64,000 nucleotides of DNA from Terriglobia bacterium (GCA_963739375.1 CAVUAF010000006.1:2893-66892), one strand, 5' to 3'. Positions 8,587 through 18,161 are shown, numbered from the stretch's first letter. Notes: a model not told the origin generated them from the letters alone. Numbers and translations are program-made.

Positions 8587-8704
8587 GATTGGCGATTTGG
8601 TGATTTGTGATTTGCGATTTGCGATTTGGTGATGACCGCTACAGAGCAGCGCAGGAAAGTCGCCAATCACCAATCGCCAATCACCAATCGCAAATCACAA
8701 ATTT
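8587..8704. repeat. Inverted arrays of GATTTGN / CAAATCN heptamers forming a long imperfect hairpin
   Basis: Arm 1 is 8587..8634 and arm 2 is 8660..8704. A perfect 16-bp complement joins 8604..8619 (tttgtgatttgcgatt) and 8686..8701 (aatcgcaaatcacaaa). The nfeD stop (8695..8697) lies in arm 2. Confidence 0.9.
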
Positions 8705-9951
8705 CCTGCCGGTCCCACGTGCAGCACCAGTCCTTCGACCTCCCGCACCTGCACCCGTTGGCCCACGCCGAGCGGCGGACCCTCGGCGACCGCGTTCCAC
8801 AGCTCGCCGCCGATCCACACCTTGCCCTCGGGCGCCAGCGGCGTGCGCGCCACCCCCATTTCGCCCACCAGCCCGCGCGGCCCGAGCATGTCTTTCTTCA
8901 GCCGCGCCCGCAAGGCGATGGTCGCCAGGAACACGGTGATGGCGCCCAGCGGAATGCTGATGGCCAGCGACGTCCACAGCCGCACCCGCATCGCCGGAAT
9001 CGGCCCATCCACCAGCAGCAACCCGCCGATGGTGAGCGCCGCAATCCCGCCGATCCCCAGCACCCCGTGGGTCTGGAACTTGGCTTCCAGCGCGAACAGC
9101 GCAAACGCCACCAGGATCAGCGCCAGCGCGGCGTAGTTGGTGGGCAGGATGTTGAGCGCGAACACCGCCAGCAGGATGAAGATCAGGCCCACCACGCCCG
9201 GCACCACCGCCCCCGGATGGTTGAACTCGGCATACAGCGCCAGCAGCCCGATGCCGAGCAGCGCGAAGGCGACGTTGGGATCCATCAGGGCCGAGAGGAT
9301 GCGCTGCTTCAGCGTCATGGACAGCTCGTGCACCGGCTTGCCCGCCGTGTGCAGCACCACCTGGCTGCCGTTGAAGCGGGTGACGGTGCGGCCGTCCACC
9401 TGCTGCAGCAGGTCCTGCTCGTTGGCCGCCACCACGTCAATCAGGTGGTCGCGCAGGGCTTCCGCCTCGGTGAACGACTTGGAGGCCCGTACCCCGCTCT
9501 CCGCCACCTCGACGTTGCGCCCGCGCTTCTCCACCACCGAGCGCATCAGCGCCGCCGAGTCGTTCTCCAGCTTGGCCTTCATCACGTCGTCCATCTTTTC
9601 GCCGCCCAGGGTGACGGGATGCGCCGCGCCGGTGTTGGTGCCCGGCGCCATGGCCGCCACGTCGGCCGCTTCCAGGATGTAGAAGCCCGCCGAAGCGGCG
9701 CGGCTGCCGCTGGGCGCGACATAGATGATGACCGGCACCGGCGAGGCGAGGATCTTGGTGATGATGTCGCGGGTGGAGTCGACCAGCCCGCCCGGCGTCG
9801 CCAGCTCGATCAGGACAGCATCGGCGTGTTGCGCCGCGGCATAGTCCACCGCCCGCCCGATGAACTCCTCGCTCACCGGGTGGATCATGTCGTGCACCAC
9901 GATCTTGATGACATCGGCGCGCGCCGGCGCTGCGCCGACCAGCGCCAGCAC
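8695..9951 (-). CDS. NfeD family membrane-bound ClpP-class serine protease
   Basis: ClpP-like N-terminal domain (IELATPGGLVDS...SRAASAGFYI), several TM helices and a C-terminal OB-like NfeD domain. It lies upstream of its usual SPFH partner. The start is uncertain: GTG at 9951 is the only canonical option (see finding). Confidence 0.85.
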   Translation of the reverse strand: MLALVGAAPARADVIKIVVHDMIHPVSEEFIGRAVDYAAAQHADAVLIELATPGGLVDSTRDIITKILASPVPVIIYVAPSGSRAASAGFYILEAADVAAMAPGTNTGAAHPVTLGGEKMDDVMKAKLENDSAALMRSVVEKRGRNVEVAESGVRASKSFTEAEALRDHLIDVVAANEQDLLQQVDGRTVTRFNGSQVVLHTAGKPVHELSMTLKQRILSALMDPNVAFALLGIGLLALYAEFNHPGAVVPGVVGLIFILLAVFALNILPTNYAALALILVAFALFALEAKFQTHGVLGIGGIAALTIGGLLLVDGPIPAMRVRLWTSLAISIPLGAITVFLATIALRARLKKDMLGPRGLVGEMGVARTPLAPEGKVWIGGELWNAVAEGPPLGVGQRVQVREVEGLVLHVGPAGNL

Positions 9952-10026
9952 CGCGACCGCGATGACGCGCAGGGCGGAGAGCGGAAAGCGCAGGGCGGAG
10001 TGCGGGAAAGCGGAAAGCGTTTTGTC

Positions 10027-11595
10027 TCATGGTTTCACCGGAGGGCGAGCGCCGCCAGGACGCGCGGCGAGTTCGCGCTGGAGCTGTAGCGCGGCAGCGT
10101 TCGCCGGCTCCAGCGCCAGCGCCGCCGCAAGGTTCTGCTGCGCGCTCTCCCGCCTATTGTCGCGCAGATCGAGCCGCCCCAGTACAAGATACGCTTCGGC
10201 CGAGGGGGCGAGGCGCAACGCCGTCGCCGCCTCGGCGCGGGCCGCCGCCGGGTTGCGCGACTCCAGCGCCGCCGCCAGGCCGGCGTGCGCCGCCGGGTTG
10301 GCTGGGTCGAGCACCACCGCCTCCCGTAACTCCTTCTCGGCCAACACCGTAAAGCCTTCCTGCAGCAACTGGTGAGAATGTTCCACGTGGAACAATGCGT
10401 GTTTGGCGGGGTCGGACAGGGCGAGCCTGGCCTCGGAGGCATTCTGGATTTCTAGCTGCAGTTGTCTAAAACTCTGCTCGTCGTAGTTGCGCTTGAGGCG
10501 CTCCAGCGGCGGCTTGGCCGGGGCTGCGCCGTTGCGCCCCAGGGCCTCGAGCAGCGTGCGCGCCTCGCCATCGTTGGGGCGATGCGCCAGCGTTTCGCGC
10601 AGGTGGCGCGCGGCCCCGGAAGCATCGCCGGAGCGCGCCAGCGCCACCGCCAGGTTGAAATGGTAGTCGGGATCGTTGGGATCGGCCTCGATCGCCTTCT
10701 GGAAATACTCGACGGCGTTCTTCTTGCCGCGGCGGCCCGCCACCACCCCGAGGTTGTTGTAGACCTCGGTGAGCGGCATGCGTTCGGCGAGGTAGCTGAA
10801 GGCGGCCTCCGCCTGGTCGAAGGCGCCGAGGTAGAAGTGGGCCAGCCCCTGGTAGAAGGCGGCCTCGCCGGCGTCGTCGTCGGTGCGCGGGACCCGCGCC
10901 AGCGTGGCGGCGGCGTTAGTGTAGTCGCGGGCGGCGAAATACGTCTTGCCGAGCTGGAACTGCGCCGCCGCGTACTGCGGGTTGAGGCGCAGGGCCTCGC
11001 GGAAGCGGCGAACCTGCTCCTCGGGCTCGGTGGCGGTGATGCCGCGAATGTAGTTTTCGAAGGCATCGAGCCGCACGTCGGCCTCGGCGGCCACGAACGC
11101 TTCCTTGTTCCCGCCCTCCCCGGGGCGAAGCTGCTGCAGCAGGTCCCAGGCCAGTCCGTGGCTGAGCGCGAACAGGCTCAACAGCGAGCCCGCGCCGCGC
11201 ACTTCGGGCAGGAGCTTGAGGTGCTTGACGTCGATCGCCTGGGCGCGCGCGCTGAAGGTCTGGCCGTCGTAGCTGTAGCTGCCGGCGATGAGGTAGTCGG
11301 CGTCGAGTTCCATGGCCACGCGGTACAGGGTGGCGCGCGACGGGCGAACGCCGGCGGGAATGCCGACGCGGTCGAAGGCGTAGAGGCGATCGTCGCGGCG
11401 AATGAGGAAGAGCGAAGCGGAGGCCAGCCGGTCCGCAATCACTTCGGGCAACGCTTCCCCCAACCACTCCAGGCCGGGGGCCTTGGAGGCGTTCTCGAAG
11501 GGAACGACCACGACGGTCTGCGCCGGAGACGGCGCCAACTGCGCGGCACCGGCGGCCGCCGCAAAAACCGAAGCCAGCAGAAGAGGGCGAATCAA
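10027..11595 (-). CDS. Tetratricopeptide repeat protein with signal peptide
   Basis: Signal peptide MIRPLLLASVFAAAAGAAQ. The C-terminal two-thirds contains TPR-like Ala/Tyr/Leu repeats. Confidence 0.8.
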   Translation of the reverse strand: MIRPLLLASVFAAAAGAAQLAPSPAQTVVVVPFENASKAPGLEWLGEALPEVIADRLASASLFLIRRDDRLYAFDRVGIPAGVRPSRATLYRVAMELDADYLIAGSYSYDGQTFSARAQAIDVKHLKLLPEVRGAGSLLSLFALSHGLAWDLLQQLRPGEGGNKEAFVAAEADVRLDAFENYIRGITATEPEEQVRRFREALRLNPQYAAAQFQLGKTYFAARDYTNAAATLARVPRTDDDAGEAAFYQGLAHFYLGAFDQAEAAFSYLAERMPLTEVYNNLGVVAGRRGKKNAVEYFQKAIEADPNDPDYHFNLAVALARSGDASGAARHLRETLAHRPNDGEARTLLEALGRNGAAPAKPPLERLKRNYDEQSFRQLQLEIQNASEARLALSDPAKHALFHVEHSHQLLQEGFTVLAEKELREAVVLDPANPAAHAGLAAALESRNPAAARAEAATALRLAPSAEAYLVLGRLDLRDNRRESAQQNLAAALALEPANAAALQLQRELAARPGGARPPVKP

Positions 11596-11634
11596 GACGG
11601 GAAAATTATAGCGGGCGGGACGCTCCGCGATGCG

Positions 11635-11677
11635 CTATTCGTTATTGGTTATTCGTTATTGGCGATTCCATCATTGG
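11635..11677. repeat. Tandem heptamer array (CTATTCG TTATTGG TTATTCG TTATTGG CGATTCC ATCATTGG)
   Basis: Read directly in the divergent TPR/tetR intergenic region. Confidence 0.85.
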
Positions 11678-11751
11678 CTGGAGCGCTCTCTGGCGTCGAG
11701 GTGGCGCGCGGAGTGCGGCCCCGGGCCAGGCCGCCGCCGCATGCGGGCGGG

Positions 11752-11781
11752 TTGACAAAGCCACGGCCCAGCCGCTAGAAA
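11752..11781 (+). promoter_or_regulatory. Putative tetR-efflux operon promoter
   Basis: TTGACA (11752..11757), 18 nt, TAGAAA (11776..11781). A small dyad GTAAG-N6-CTTAC (11782..11797) lies just before the ATG. Confidence 0.4.
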
Positions 11782-11798
11782 GTAAGCACCTACTTACA

Positions 11799-12506
11799 AT
11801 GGTTGCTTCCGCCTCCCTCCGCATTTCCGCCCAGGACCGCCGCGAGCAAATTCTCGACGTCGCCATGACGCTGTTTGCCCGCCAGGGGTTCGAGGGCACC
11901 ACCACGCGCGAGATTGCCGAAAGGGCGCGGGCCAACGAAGCCATCATCTTCCGCCACTTTCCCACCAAGGAAGACCTGTACTGGGCGATCATCGAGCGCA
12001 AGATCCAGACCTCGGGGCGGCTGGCGATGATGCAGGAGGTGCTGGTCTCGGGGGGCAGCGACCTGGAAATCTTCCGCACCATCGCGGAGCGCATCCTGCG
12101 CCGCGGCAAGCCGGAGGCGGAGATCACGCGCCTGCTGCTGTTCACCGCGCTGGAGCGGCACGAACTCTCCCACGATTTCTTCCGCAAGCACGTGGCGGGA
12201 CAGTTTGCGCTGCTGGCGGGCTACATCCGGCGGCGGGTGGCCGCGGGCAACTTCCGCGCCGTCGATCCGGTGCTGGCGGCGCGCAGCTTCCTGGGCATGC
12301 TGATCTATCACTACCAGGTGGAAGAGCTCTTTGGACAGGAACGGCGCAGCAAGTACGATCCCGGCGAGGTAGGGCGCCGGATGGCCGAGATCTGGCTGTC
12401 AGGCATGGCGGTGCGACCGCCGGCCGCGCGGCGCAACGGCAACGGTACTCCCCAGCAGTCGCGCGCCCGGCGCAAGGCGCCCGAAAGCACAAAGGCTCTG
12501 GCATGA
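11799..12506 (+). CDS. TetR/AcrR family transcriptional regulator
   Basis: N-terminal HTH (ILDVAMTLFARQGFEGTTTREIAERA). Its stop overlaps the start of the next gene (ATGA). Confidence 0.9.
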   Translation: MVASASLRISAQDRREQILDVAMTLFARQGFEGTTTREIAERARANEAIIFRHFPTKEDLYWAIIERKIQTSGRLAMMQEVLVSGGSDLEIFRTIAERILRRGKPEAEITRLLLFTALERHELSHDFFRKHVAGQFALLAGYIRRRVAAGNFRAVDPVLAARSFLGMLIYHYQVEELFGQERRSKYDPGEVGRRMAEIWLSGMAVRPPAARRNGNGTPQQSRARRKAPESTKALA

Positions 12507-13771
12507 ACCTGATAACCCGCCATCATTCCCTGTCCCGCAGCGCCGCGGCGCTGCTCGCCCTCGCGGGGCTCGCCCTGCTGGCCGCCTGTTCGCAAGACAA
12601 AGACAAGCGCCAGGGCGGTACGCCCGCCGTGCCGGTCACGGTCGCGACCGTGGCACAGAAGGACGTGCCCGTGCAGGTGAACTCCATCGGCTACGTCCAG
12701 CCCTACTCGACGGTGCAGATCAAGTCGCAGATCAACGCCCAGGTCATGAGCGTGCACTTCACCGAGGGCCAGGACGTGCAGCAGGGGCAACTGCTCTTCA
12801 CCCTGGACGCGGCGCCCTTCGCAGCCGACCTGCACCGCGACGAGGCGACGCTGGCCAAGGACCAGGCGCAGCTGGCGAATGCGCGCGCGCAGTGGGTGCG
12901 CGGGCAGGCGCTGTACAAGGAAGGGGTGGTCTCGCGGGAGCAGGCCGACACCATCCGCACCAACGCGGAAGCGCTGGAAGCCACGGTGAAGGCCGACCAG
13001 GCCGCCATCGAAGCCTCGCGCGTGCAGTTGCAGTACACCAAGATTTACGCCCCCCTCACGGGCCGCACCGGCAACCTGATGATCAAAGCGGGCAATCTGG
13101 TGAAGGCGAACGACACTCCCTTTCTGGTCACCATCAACCAGATCACCCCCATTTACGTGCAGTTCGCCGTGCCGGAAGGCAACCTCGCGGCGATCAAGCG
13201 CGCCATGGCGGAAGGCAAGTTGCCGGTGACGGCCACGGTGCCCAACCAGCCCACCGCGGCACAAGGCGTCTTGAGCTTCGTGGATAACGCGGTGGATCCT
13301 GGCACCGGCACCATCCAATTGAAGGGGACGTTTGAAAACGCCGACCGCAAACTGTGGCCGGGCCTCTACGCCAACACCGTGCTGACGTTGAGCGTCGAAT
13401 CCAACGCCACCGTGGTACCCGCGCAGACGCTGCAGAGCGGGCAAAAGGGCAACTACGTGTATGTGGTCAAGTCCGACCGCACGGCCGAGCGCCGCGACGT
13501 CGTGGTGGAGCGCACGTCGGGCAGCGACGCGGTGATAACCGCGGGTCTGCAGCCCGGCGAAACCGTGGTTGCCGACGGGCAATCGCGCGTCGTTCCGGGC
13601 CAGAAGGTCGATTTCAAGAACCCCAGTGCCGCGGCCGCGCCCGCGGCTCCCCCGGCAGGAGCTCCGGTGCGGGAAGGAACGGCCAAGGGGAAAGCGCCGA
13701 CCGCGCGCCCCGCGGGGAATACGGGCCGCACCGCGGCCGATGCCCTGGTCAAGCCGGAACGTGCCCAATGA
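12503..13771 (+). CDS. Efflux RND transporter periplasmic adaptor (membrane fusion protein)
   Basis: Lipoprotein-like signal (LLAACSQ), coiled-coil hairpin region and a beta-barrel region typical of the AcrA/MdtA family. Confidence 0.9.
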   Translation: MNLITRHHSLSRSAAALLALAGLALLAACSQDKDKRQGGTPAVPVTVATVAQKDVPVQVNSIGYVQPYSTVQIKSQINAQVMSVHFTEGQDVQQGQLLFTLDAAPFAADLHRDEATLAKDQAQLANARAQWVRGQALYKEGVVSREQADTIRTNAEALEATVKADQAAIEASRVQLQYTKIYAPLTGRTGNLMIKAGNLVKANDTPFLVTINQITPIYVQFAVPEGNLAAIKRAMAEGKLPVTATVPNQPTAAQGVLSFVDNAVDPGTGTIQLKGTFENADRKLWPGLYANTVLTLSVESNATVVPAQTLQSGQKGNYVYVVKSDRTAERRDVVVERTSGSDAVITAGLQPGETVVADGQSRVVPGQKVDFKNPSAAAAPAAPPAGAPVREGTAKGKAPTARPAGNTGRTAADALVKPERAQ

Positions 13772-16700
13772 GCATTGCTGAGCTCTTCATTCGTCGGCCG
13801 GTGATGACGACGCTCTTGATGGGCGCCATCCTGCTGTTTGGCATCGTCGCCTACCGGCAACTCCCGGTCAGCGACCTGCCCAACGTGGACTTCCCCACCA
13901 TCCAGGTCAACGCTTCGCTGCCGGGCGCCAGCCCGCAAACCATGTCCTCGGCCGTGGCCATGCCGCTGGAGAAGCAGTTCTCCACGATTCCTGGCCTGGA
14001 CTCGATGAACTCCACCAGCCAGCTGGGTTCGACTTCGATCACGCTGCAGTTCAACCTGAACCGGGAGATTGATGCGGCGGCGCAGGACGTGCAGTCCATG
14101 ATCGCCAAGGCCGCCCGCGACCTGCCGCAGAACCTGCCCACCCCGCCGTCCTATCAGAAGGTGAACCCGGCGGACTCGCCGGTGCTGTACCTCAACCTGG
14201 TGGCCGACGACATGCGCATGTCGGACCTCGACGAATTCGCCGAGACGCTCATGGCGCAGCGCATTTCCATGGTGCCGGGCGTGGCCCAGGTGGGCGTCTT
14301 CGGCGGCTCGAAGTATGCGGTGCGGGTGCAGCTCGATCCCTACGCCATGGCCAGCCGCGGCATCGGCATCAATGAAGTCAGCAATGCGGTGCAGAACGGC
14401 AACGTCGACCTCCCCACCGGCATCCTGTGGGGACCCACGAAAGCGCTGACGATTCAGGCCAGTGGCCAATTGACCGAGGCGGCGCAGTACCGCCCCTTGA
14501 TCGTGGCGTACCGCAACAACGCTCCGGTGCGGCTGCAAGAGGTGGGCAACGTCTTTGACAGCGTGGAGAACATAAGGACGGCGAGCTGGTCCGGCGATCA
14601 GCGCACCATCATTCTCTCCATCCAGCGCCAGCCCGGCACCAATACCGTCGAAGTGGTGAACAACATCAAGGCACTGTTCCCCGCCTTCCAGGCGCAGCTG
14701 CCGCCCACTGTCCACCTCGGGATTCGCAGCGACCGGTCGGAGAACATCCGCGCCTCGGTCGCGGACGTGAAGTTCACCCTCATGCTCACCGTCACGCTGG
14801 TGGTGATGGTCATCTTCCTGTTCCTGCGGAACCTGTCCGCCACCGTCATTCCCAGCATGGCGCTGCCCATGTCCATCATCGGCACCTTCGCGGTGATGTA
14901 CCTGCTGGATTACAGCGTGGACAACTTGTCGCTGATGGCGCTGACGCTCTCGGTGGGCTTCGTGGTGGACGATGCCATCGTGATGCTGGAAAACATCGTG
15001 CGCCACATGGAGATGGGGGAAGCGCCCTGCCAGGCGGCGCTGCGCGGCTCGCGCGAGATCGGCTTCACCATCCTCTCCATGACCCTGTCGCTGGCCGCGG
15101 TGTTCATCCCGGTGCTGTTCATGGGCGGCATCCTGGGGCGGCTGCTGCACGAGTTCGCGGTGACCATCGGGGTCGCCATTCTCGTCTCTGGCGTGGTCTC
15201 GCTGACCCTGACGCCGATGCTATGCAGCCGCTTTCTGCGGCCGCCGCAGGCCGAGCACCACGGCCGCCTGTACAACTGGATCGAGCGCGGCTTCGATGGC
15301 GTGCTGCACGGCTACGACCGTACCCTGAAGCTGGCGTTGCGCCATCGCGCCACCGTGATGGTGATTTCCGCGCTGGTGCTGGTGGCGACCGTGTTCCTCT
15401 TCCGCATCATGCCCGCCGGCTTCCTGCCCTCGGAAGACCAAAGCCAGATCTTCATCTCCACCGAGGCGGCGCAGGGCATTTCGTTCGAGGACATGGTGCG
15501 GCACCAGCAGGCGCTGGTTGCCGTGCTCAAGAACGATCCCGACGCCAAGAGCTGGGTGCAAGACTACTTTTCCAGCGTGCCCCGCGGCTCCATGAACCAG
15601 GGCATGATCTTCCTGCGGCTCAAGCCCATCGGCACGCGTCCGCACGTGGATGAAGTCATCCAGCGGCTGCGGCCCAAGCTGGCCCACGTGCCGGGAATCA
15701 CCGCTTACCTGCAGAATCCGCCTCCCATTCGCATCGGGGGACAGATCAGCAAATCGCAGTACCAGTTCACGATGCAGAGCCCGGACACGGATGAGCTGTA
15801 CCGCTACGCCCCCATCATGGAGCAGAAGCTGCGCGGGATCCCGGGCCTGCAGGACGTGACCACCGATCTGCAACTCAACAACCCGCAGGTGGACGTCAAT
15901 ATCGACCGCGACAAAGCGGCCGCCCTCGGCCTGACCGCCAATGACATTGAAAGCACGCTGGCGCTGGCGTACGGCTCCTCGCAGATCAGCACCATCTACG
16001 CGCCCAACAACGCCTATCGCGTCGTCATGGAACTCAAGCCGGAGTTCCAGCGCGACCCCAACGCGCTCAACCTGCTCTACGTCCGCAGCCTCAGCCAGCC
16101 CGGCAACGTGGTGCCGCTGGGGACGGTGGCGACCATCACGCCCAGCACCGGGCCGCTCACCGTCAACCACCTCGGCCAGTCGCCCTCGGTGACGCTCTCC
16201 TTTAACCTGCGGCCCGGCCTTTCCCTGGGCACGGCGGTGGATGCCATCTCCGACATTGCTCGCCAGACGATCCCCAGTACCATCGCCATCAGCTTCCAGG
16301 GCACGGCCCAGGCCTTCCAGTCTTCCATGCGGGGACTGGGCGTGCTGCTGGTCATGTCGATTCTCGTCATCTACATCGTGCTGGGCGTGCTCTACGAGAG
16401 CTTTATCCACCCCATCACCATTCTCTCCGGGCTGCCTTCGGCGGGCTTCGGCGCCCTGCTTACGCTGCTGGCTATTCCGCATGGAGCTGAACATCTACGC
16501 GTTCGTCGGCATCATCATGCTGGTCGGGATCGTGAAGAAGAACGCCATCATGATGATCGACTTCGCGCTCGATGCGCAGCGCAACAACGGCCAGAACGCC
16601 GGAAGAGGCCATCTACTACGGCGCGCTGGTGCGCTTCCGTCCCATCATGATGACCACCATGGCGGCGCTGATGGGCACGCTGCCCATCGCGCTCGGCTTT

Positions 16701-16905
16701 GGCGCGGGCGTCGGAATCGCGGCGGCCGCTGGGCCTGGCAGTGGTGGGCGGGCTGATGTTTTCGCAGGTCATCACCCTCTACCTGACGCCCGTGTTCTAC
16801 ACCTACATGGAGTCGTTCGAGGAATGGCTGAATCGCACCTTCCGCCGCGGCCAGCAGGCGGAAGCCATCGAGGCCGCACCCACGCCCGCCCTGGCGCACG
16901 ACTGA
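13768..16905 (+). pseudogene. RND multidrug efflux permease (AcrB/MdtB-like) interrupted by three +1 frame changes near the 3' end
   Basis: Starts MSIAELFIRRPVMTTLLM (ATGA overlap with the adaptor gene). Conserved C-terminal sequence is split over frames 1, 2, 3, 1. It appears in track ORFs 13354..16650, 16241..16756 ([30 protein letters not shown]), 16572..17147 ([36 protein letters not shown]) and 16699..16905 ([29 protein letters not shown]). Shifts lie near 16475, 16596 and 16710. Confidence 0.85.
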
Positions 16906-16927
16906 AGCTTTTTCCCTTCTCTTTGTG

Positions 16928-16957
16928 GACGCGGGCGACTCGCCCGCGTTCTTTTTT
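16928..16957 (+). terminator. Rho-independent terminator (GACGCGGGCG-act-CGCCCGCGT plus T-run)
   Basis: Stem 16928..16937 / 16941..16949 followed by TTCTTTTTT. Near-identical hairpins occur at 45933..45956 and 50339..50368. Confidence 0.85.
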
Positions 16958-17177
16958 GCACGATGCTTGTGTAGGGACGGCCGCCTCGGTTGTTCAGCCG
17001 GTACGCAGCACCGAACGTCGCGGCTCGCCGCCGCTTGGCAGGGCCGCCGATTTCATTTCTAATGCGGCGCGTGAAGAAACATCTGGCCGGAGTGGGAGAG
17101 CGGCGCGTGGGGACGGAAGTGAGATGATTGAGCCCGTGCGTGGCTGAAGGGAACCGCGCCCTGGCTCAATAACCGAT

Positions 17178-18116
17178 ATGGAAGGCCCGCTCTTCTGGAT
17201 CCTGTTTAACCTGTTCGTGCTGGCGATGCTGGCCCTCGACCTGGGGCTGGTGCAGCGCCGGCCGCGCGTCATGCGCTTCCGCGAAGCCGCGGCGTGGAGC
17301 CTGTTCTGGGTGCTGCTCGCGGCCGCCTTTGCCGCGCTGGTGCACTGGACCCGGGGCCCGCAGAAGGCGCTGGAGTTCGTCACCGGCTACCTGGTCGAGG
17401 AGTCGCTCAGCGTCGACAACCTGTTCGTCTTCCTCGTCCTCTTCAAGTACTTCCGCGTCGACCGGATGTACCAGCGCCGCGTGCTGTCGTGGGGAATCGT
17501 GGGCGCCCTGGTGATGCGGGGGGTCTTCATCGTGGCGGGCGTGGGGCTGATCCGCGCCTTCCACTGGGTCATCTACCTCTTCGGCGCTTTCCTGATTTAC
17601 ACCGGGATCACGCTGCTGCGATCGGAGAAAGAGCAGGCGGACCCGGGCAAGAGCCTGGTGCTGAAGTGGGCGCGCCGCGTTTTTCCGGTGACCGAGGAAT
17701 ACGAGCACGGCCGCTTCTTCGTGCAGCGTGACAGCCGCCGCTACGCCACCCCGCTCTTCCTGGTGCTGCTGGTGGTGGAGACCACGGACGTCATGTTCGC
17801 CACCGACTCCGTGCCCGCGGTGCTGGCCATCAGCAACGATCCTTTCATCGTCTACACCTCGAACGTCTTCGCCATCCTCGGGCTGCGCTCGCTGTATTTT
17901 GCGCTGGCCGGGATGATGGAGCTCTTCCACTACCTGCACTACGGCCTGGCCGCCATCCTGATGTTCGTCGGAGTGAAGATGATGATCTCGGGCTTCTACG
18001 CGATTAGCACGCCGCTGGCGCTCGGCGTCATCGTGGGGGTGCTGGCGGTTTCGGTGGGCGCGTCGTTGCTGCGTCGCCCGCCGGCGGCGCCGCGCGCCGA
18101 CGAGGAAGTGGAATAG
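17178..18116 (+). CDS. TerC family integral membrane protein
   Basis: GYLVEESLSVDNLFVFLVLF and TDVMFATDSVPAVLAI motifs, with multiple TM helices. Confidence 0.9.
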   Translation: MEGPLFWILFNLFVLAMLALDLGLVQRRPRVMRFREAAAWSLFWVLLAAAFAALVHWTRGPQKALEFVTGYLVEESLSVDNLFVFLVLFKYFRVDRMYQRRVLSWGIVGALVMRGVFIVAGVGLIRAFHWVIYLFGAFLIYTGITLLRSEKEQADPGKSLVLKWARRVFPVTEEYEHGRFFVQRDSRRYATPLFLVLLVVETTDVMFATDSVPAVLAISNDPFIVYTSNVFAILGLRSLYFALAGMMELFHYLHYGLAAILMFVGVKMMISGFYAISTPLALGVIVGVLAVSVGASLLRRPPAAPRADEEVE

Positions 18117-18161
18117 ATCGCCGCCCGCGCCAGACCTTCCGCCTGACCTGCCTTTAACCCT

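Noticed and set aside
9952-10029. TGA read-through fusing the TPR protein to NfeD (same frame, no intervening stop).
   Set aside because: NfeD has its own signal-peptide-like N-terminus just downstream, so a fusion would bury it. Shared frame alone has a 1-in-3 chance. I kept only the start-codon ambiguity as a finding.
16440-16760. Programmed ribosomal frameshifting in the RND gene.
   Set aside because: There are no slippery heptamers (X XXY YYZ) or stimulatory structures at the three junctions. Three consecutive programmed events would be unprecedented. Indels, real or artefactual, are the simpler explanation.
16958-17177. yybP-ykoY (manganese) riboswitch upstream of the TerC gene.
   Set aside because: The hallmark GGGGAGUAG and UUGACAUA-type conserved loops are not visible. 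Only generic GC-rich stems are present.
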